Source: an uncultured Actinomycetes bacterium | GTDB taxonomy: Bacteria; Actinomycetota; Thermoleophilia; RBG-16-64-13 | NCBI GenBank assembly: GCA_963706025.1 | Contig: CAVPLM010000003.1 | Span: forward strand, 736,001 to 800,000 | Length of the DNA stretch: 64,000 nucleotides | Direction of reading: 5' to 3' | In this document: piece by piece, positions 59,495 to 64,000 of the stretch | Position numbering within the stretch: the first letter of the stretch is position 1 | Layout: each line of letters begins with the position of its first letter | Notes under the pieces: generated by a model | Database searches by the model: none | Told to the model about the DNA's origin: nothing | Seen by the model: the letters and a program-made list of their open reading frames with translations, nothing else | Translations under genes and position numbers: made by a program

Positions 59495-59524
59495 GGGGCA
59501 AACCGCGCCGGGCGGGTTTGCCCC
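59495..59524. terminator. GC-rich hairpin between UPF0182 and hsp20
   Basis: GGGGCAAACC-10 nt-GGTTTGCCCC; no U-tract. Confidence 0.45.
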
Positions 59525-59615
59525 CTCCACCCGCGGAGAAAACCATGCTTACCGGAGGTGAAGCCTCAAGCGCGACCCCGCTCCCAGCGAGCCGATGTCT
59601 AACCAGGTGCCTGAG

Positions 59616-62504
59616 CTATTCTAGGGCGGCCAGCGCCTCCAGCACCGCCCCGAGTGCCTCGATCTGACGCCCATATTCGGCCCAGTCTCCCCGCTGCTGG
59701 GCCTCGATGGCCGCCTGGTAGTGTTGGTTGGCCTGCGCGATCAGCTTGGCTTGGTCGGTCGAAAGCGTGGTCGTCGTCCCGCCCGGTACCGTGGTGGTCG
59801 TGCCGCCGGTGGTGGTCGTGGTCGACGTCCCGCCCGGCACAGTGGTGGTCGTACCGCCGGTGGTGGTCGTGGTCGAAGACCCGGGTCCGACCGGCTCGCC
59901 GAAGAGCTTCGTCAGGGCCTCGCCCAGGGTGGGTTCCATGACCACGGAGTCCCCATAGCTGGCGATCACTCGCGTCAGTTCGGGTATAGGACTCTGCTCG
60001 GCCTGCAGGTAGAGCGGCTCGAAGTACATGACCGATTGATTGACGGGGATCACAAGCATGTTGCCACGGATCACTTGACTCCCAGACTGGCTCCAGAGGG
60101 TTATCTGTGCTGAGATCTCAGGATCGTTGGAGATCCGTGCTTCTACCTGGGCCGGGCCGAAGACCAGTTTGTCCTTGGGGTAGTCGATCAGGACGAGCTT
60201 ACCGTAGTTGTCGCCGTCCTGAAGCGCGACCAACTGAGAGGCCATGTTGTCCTTGCCCAGTGGAGAGAACGGCAGCAACAAGGCGAACTCGGGATCGGTG
60301 GAACCCGGCAAAGCCAGTGTCTCGTAGTAGGGCACCACGGGGATCTGCTCCGCCGCATAGACCTCTGTCGGGATCTCCCACGCATCTTCTTTGTTGTAGA
60401 AGATCTGGGGGTCCGTCATGTGATAAAGGGTCAGCGCCTCGGCCTGAATGCTGTACAGGTCTTCGGGGTAGCGCATGTGGCGGCGGAGGTCGTCCGGCAT
60501 CTGGTCGCCCGGGGTGAACAGACCTTCGAAGACCTTCCCCCAGGCGTTCGCCAGTGGATCATTGGGATCTATCTGGTAGAAGGTCACCTCGCCGTCGTAG
60601 GCGTTGATGACCACTTTGATGGGGTTACGCACGTAGTTGGTCCCATCGGCCCGAGGCTGGGAGTAGGGGAACCGGTCGGTCGCGGTATACGCGTCCCACA
60701 TCCAAGCCAGCGAGCCGTCGTCCCGGAGGACCAGATAGGGGTCCCTATCGTACTGGAGGAAGGGAGCGAGGGCCTGCACCCGCTCTGTGATGGTCCTCCG
60801 GTACATGACCCGGGAATCCTCAGTGTAGGAGCTCGAGAAGAACAGCTTGGCGTCTCCGAACCTGAAGGCGAAGGCGGCCTCCCGCACCTTGCTACCGACC
60901 GGTACCCCCCCTTGGCCCTGGTAGGTGGCTGAGACGTTGGTATCACCCTTGGGATAGTCGAATTCCGGGCTTGTGGTCTTCACAATAACGAAGTCGTTCC
61001 CCAGCTCCCCGTAGTAGATCTCAGGGCGAGTGATCACGAGGTCGGTGTCGGTCTTGGGCGGGATGTCGCTAATCAGAAGGATGGGCAGTCCGTCTCCTCC
61101 AGCCTCGTTCACCGGGCTCATGACCACCCCGTAGCCGTGGGTGTAGGTGAGGTGCTTGTTGACCCAGGTCTGGGATTGCTCCTGGAGCTGGGTCTGGTCG
61201 AGCTCTCGGCCGCTTATTAGCACCTGGCGGTACTCCCCGTCAATGAGATAGCGGTCCACGTCCACGTCGACGAACGAGTAGTAGAGGCGGATCTCCTGGA
61301 TCTGAGAGTAGGTATCGAGCGCCGGACGGGGCTCCCAGAGGCGTATGTTGGCGATTGTCCCGGCATTCGCCCTCACGTCGTCGGCGGTCAGGTCGGTGGT
61401 GGCGGCGGAAGACACTTTGGTGACCTTGTCTAGCCCGAAGGCCCAGCGGGTGGCCTCGATGTTGTTGGCGATGTAGGGCGTCTCGGCTGCGATCTCGTTC
61501 GGCGACACTCTGTACTGCTGAATGATGGCGGGGTAGGCCTTGCCGGCTATCGCCCAGGTCAGAAACATGATCGCGATGGCGATCATGGGCAGTCTCCAGC
61601 CTTTGTAGCGGATGTTCGCAAGGAAGATGGCTGCGGCGACCAGGGACACGATGGCGAGGAAATGAAGCACCGGGAGAGACGCGTTCACATCGGTGTAGCT
61701 CGCTCCAAAGGTGGCGCCTCGCTCGGAGTAGTCGAGCGCCCAGGTCTGGAGCATGTAGTCTCCGGCCTTGACCACCATTGCCAGCGCCAGGATGACCGAG
61801 AGATGCGCCTTGACGTGCGGAGCCAGCCTGATTCTGTTCTGGGCGTTCAAGACCATGGCCCGGTCGACCACATAGGTGAAGGCGGTGGCGATGAAGGTGA
61901 GCAGGAGGATCACGCCTGCGAAGTTCACCAACGTGTTCCACACGGGCAGGGTGAACACGAAGAAGGAGGCGTCCTTCTCGAATAGGGGATCGGTATACCC
62001 GAAGTCTCCCTGATTGAGAAAGACCAGCACCTGCTCCCAGCGCCCGCTGTAGATGATGCCGACAAGGACGGCTATTGCGATGGAGGCGATCAGCATCAAC
62101 CTCCCGGGCCAGCGGCGGCGCTCGGCCAGATCGAGGACCTCGCCGTCCTCCGCTCCCGGCACGGCCAGGAGTCGGGGAGAGATCTTGCGGGCCAGCCAGA
62201 GGCTCCCGTAGAAGACCAAGAAGAAGATGACCGCGAAGAAGAGCCCTACGCACAACTGGGCCACGATCGGAGTCCAGAACACGGTCGTGTACCCGACCTC
62301 CTCATACCAGAGGTACTCGGTCCAGATACGGGAGATGAATCCAAACACCCCGAGGACCACGACCAGGATGATGGCGATGACCACGGCCCGGCGCAGCGGC
62401 CCCGGCTTCAGGCGCAGGATACGTCCGAGCCTGTCGGGCTTGGCGGGCTTGGCGGCCTTGGCGGCCTTCTTGGCGTTTGCCGACGATTCATTCTCAGGCG
62501 AAAT
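59616..62504 (-). CDS. UPF0182 family membrane protein (first canonical start at 62384; possible ATT start at 62504)
   Basis: DP.F.KD.SFFVF.LP, GASYTDV, V.PNE...E.PYI, YTHGYG, PEIYYGE, NYVRN..K, WSQ.GS.VIRGN. Confidence 0.93.
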   Translation of the reverse strand: MSPENESSANAKKAAKAAKPAKPDRLGRILRLKPGPLRRAVVIAIILVVVLGVFGFISRIWTEYLWYEEVGYTTVFWTPIVAQLCVGLFFAVIFFLVFYGSLWLARKISPRLLAVPGAEDGEVLDLAERRRWPGRLMLIASIAIAVLVGIIYSGRWEQVLVFLNQGDFGYTDPLFEKDASFFVFTLPVWNTLVNFAGVILLLTFIATAFTYVVDRAMVLNAQNRIRLAPHVKAHLSVILALAMVVKAGDYMLQTWALDYSERGATFGASYTDVNASLPVLHFLAIVSLVAAAIFLANIRYKGWRLPMIAIAIMFLTWAIAGKAYPAIIQQYRVSPNEIAAETPYIANNIEATRWAFGLDKVTKVSSAATTDLTADDVRANAGTIANIRLWEPRPALDTYSQIQEIRLYYSFVDVDVDRYLIDGEYRQVLISGRELDQTQLQEQSQTWVNKHLTYTHGYGVVMSPVNEAGGDGLPILLISDIPPKTDTDLVITRPEIYYGELGNDFVIVKTTSPEFDYPKGDTNVSATYQGQGGVPVGSKVREAAFAFRFGDAKLFFSSSYTEDSRVMYRRTITERVQALAPFLQYDRDPYLVLRDDGSLAWMWDAYTATDRFPYSQPRADGTNYVRNPIKVVINAYDGEVTFYQIDPNDPLANAWGKVFEGLFTPGDQMPDDLRRHMRYPEDLYSIQAEALTLYHMTDPQIFYNKEDAWEIPTEVYAAEQIPVVPYYETLALPGSTDPEFALLLPFSPLGKDNMASQLVALQDGDNYGKLVLIDYPKDKLVFGPAQVEARISNDPEISAQITLWSQSGSQVIRGNMLVIPVNQSVMYFEPLYLQAEQSPIPELTRVIASYGDSVVMEPTLGEALTKLFGEPVGPGSSTTTTTGGTTTTVPGGTSTTTTTGGTTTTVPGGTTTTLSTDQAKLIAQANQHYQAAIEAQQRGDWAEYGRQIEALGAVLEALAALE
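59776..59877 (-). repeat. Two 51-bp repeats encoding STTTTTGGTTTTVPGGT
   Basis: Units start at 59776 and 59827. Confidence 0.85.
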
Positions 62505-62627
62505 GACTACTGCCCTCCCTCATAGTGCCGACTCCGACTCCGGCCTCGCAGTGGCGACACTCTATCACCCAGGTTTCTCGACGATCTCTATGACGGGGCT
62601 CAGCCCGTAAACCGTTTCTCAGACGGT

Positions 62628-62680
62628 CCCCTCGTCCCGACGCAGGCGGGACGCGCCGATGCGTCGCCGACGACGAGGGG
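62628..62680 (-). terminator. Long hairpin downstream of the MBL hydrolase gene
   Basis: CCCCTCGTC/GACGAGGGG outer stem and CGACGCA/TGCGTCG inner stem. Confidence 0.5.
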
Positions 62681-62691
62681 TCACCTGGATC

Positions 62692-63348
62692 TCACCGACA
62701 GCGAGTGAGCACGATCGTCACCCGTTCGTCGGGCAACGTATCACTCGTCACCTCGAGCATTGATCCCTCGTACCGCTCGACCTTGGCCTGCGTCGCCAGG
62801 AAGGGATCGACCGCGGCTATGGGGAAATCGACGCTGGTGGTCTTATAGTGCATCGGGACCACGATGCGTGGACTCAAAGATTCCACTACCTCGGCTGCCT
62901 GCAGTTGGTCGATGGTGAAGAAGCCTCCCACGGGCACCAGCAGGACGTCCACCCTACCCAGGGCCGCCACCGTAGCCGCGTCAAGAACGTGGCCTAGGTC
63001 GCCCAGGTGGACCAGACGTATGTCCCCATCGTCGAGGATCGCGATGGTGTTCTTCCCCCGATCGCGGCCACCGGCCTCGTCGTGAGCCACGTCGACCCCC
63101 GTGATCGTGAGCGATCCCACCGTCTCGGTGGTGGTGTGCAGGAGCACAAGAGGCTTCCCGGGGATGGTGTCGCAGGCCCCATGGTCATCGTGGTCATGAG
63201 AGGCCACCACCACGTCGGCCGGTTCACCGATCGGAGCATATCCGACCGCCCCACCAAAAGCCCCGTGCCGGTAGGGGTCCAGGATCACCCGGACGCCGTC
63301 CGCCGTCTCGACGAGAAAGGAAGAATGGGCGAAGTACGTGAGTCTCAT
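62692..63348 (-). CDS. MBL-fold metallo-hydrolase
   Basis: HSSF, SHDHDDH, HD..GG..RG.N, HLGDLGH, PVGG, PMHY. Confidence 0.92.
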   Translation of the reverse strand: MRLTYFAHSSFLVETADGVRVILDPYRHGAFGGAVGYAPIGEPADVVVASHDHDDHGACDTIPGKPLVLLHTTTETVGSLTITGVDVAHDEAGGRDRGKNTIAILDDGDIRLVHLGDLGHVLDAATVAALGRVDVLLVPVGGFFTIDQLQAAEVVESLSPRIVVPMHYKTTSVDFPIAAVDPFLATQAKVERYEGSMLEVTSDTLPDERVTIVLTRCR

Positions 63349-63504
63349 GGCGATCGCCTCCACTCGGTGCTGTGACATCCGCCGATAGGTTCCGTGGCAT
63401 CGGCTGATAGGTTAGCCGATGGGGGTACCGGGTAACAACTTGAACGAGACCTGGCCCGGCACGACATCCTTTCGCCTGATGGTACGGAGGCGACTTGTAT
63501 GCTA

Positions 63505-63524
63505 ATATACCCCCTTGGGTATAT
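63505..63524. promoter_or_regulatory. CsoR/CstR/RcnR-type operator overlapping the -10 (TGCTAATAT) of trxA
   Basis: Perfect 8-4-8 palindrome ATATACCC-CCTT-GGGTATAT with a C-tract. Confidence 0.65.
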
Positions 63525-63637
63525 GGACAGGACTCAAGAAGGATTTGGCGGGCCGGCGCGACGCGTCCTGGGGCCGCCTGGTCGGTTACCATAGCAGCAG
63601 GGCCGGTCGGCCGGCCCACGACAGCAAGGAGAATGAG

Positions 63638-63964
63638 ATGAGTGATGGCATCGTGCAGGAAGTGGACGCTAAGGGGTTCGACGAGGTGGTATCCACGTCC
63701 GCACTCCCTGTGGTGGTCGATTTCTGGGCACCCTGGTGCGGTCCCTGTCGTATGGTGGGCCCGGTCCTGGAGAAGCTGGCTTCCGACCACCCCGACAAGG
63801 TGACCGTCCTCAAAGTGAACGTCGATGTCAACCAAGAGCTGGCGGCGCGCTATGGGATCATGAGCATTCCCACGGTCATCATGTTCGAAGGGGGACAGCT
63901 CAAGACTCAGCTGATCGGGGCCCGCAACCAGAAAGACTACGAAAAGGAATTCGGGCTGGCATAA
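63638..63964 (+). CDS. trxA: Thioredoxin
   Basis: VDFWAPWCGPC, SIPT; AAGGAG SD. Confidence 0.97.
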   Translation: MSDGIVQEVDAKGFDEVVSTSALPVVVDFWAPWCGPCRMVGPVLEKLASDHPDKVTVLKVNVDVNQELAARYGIMSIPTVIMFEGGQLKTQLIGARNQKDYEKEFGLA

Positions 63965-64000
63965 GCCGCAGGCCTGAGCCGCGAAAGTGAGAGACGCTGG

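Noticed and set aside
59495-59524. c-di-GMP-I riboswitch suggested by GGCAAACC
   Set aside because: No GAAA tetraloop or second stem, and wrong orientation for hsp20; it is a simple hairpin

Overview
GC-rich bacterial chromosome segment. The lineage is probably a deep-branching, anaerobic Actinomycetota or similar Gram-positive group; this is inferred from UPF0182, MMPL, Eis, a PASTA kinase and NifJ, not proven. Layout: a housekeeping block (hpf-secA-prfB-ftsEX-ctpA-rsmE-HIT-yqeY-phoH-7TM/HD-ybeY-dgkA-cdd-like-GNAT-deoC-recO, 1-15.8 kb); a scarred accessory region with a compatible-solute/stress cluster, an IS982-like element and a RelE-type TA pair (15.8-27.3 kb); guaB, glycerate kinase, arfB, a DUF4062-STAND-TPR protein, Eis, TetR-MMPL and nifJ (27-43.6 kb); a TPP-riboswitch thiamine salvage/ECF operon; a PASTA kinase; amrS-amrB-amrA convergent with hsp20-lon-archease-rtcB; then UPF0182, an MBL hydrolase and trxA. 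Best candidates for novelty: (1) an unannotated ~157-nt structured RNA abutting the amrS Shine-Dalgarno; (2) a wHTH-GpgS-HAD triple fusion beside otsAB; (3) the Amr/RtcB-archease/Lon-Hsp20 neighbourhood; (4) a Cys-bearing PFOR tail; (5) adjacent Cdd and DeoC homologs with lost catalytic residues. Several small frameshifts (recO, antiporter/ybdK, transposase, thiN) may be sequencing errors. No CRISPR, tRNA or rRNA was seen. All family calls come from motif recognition by eye; no searches were run.
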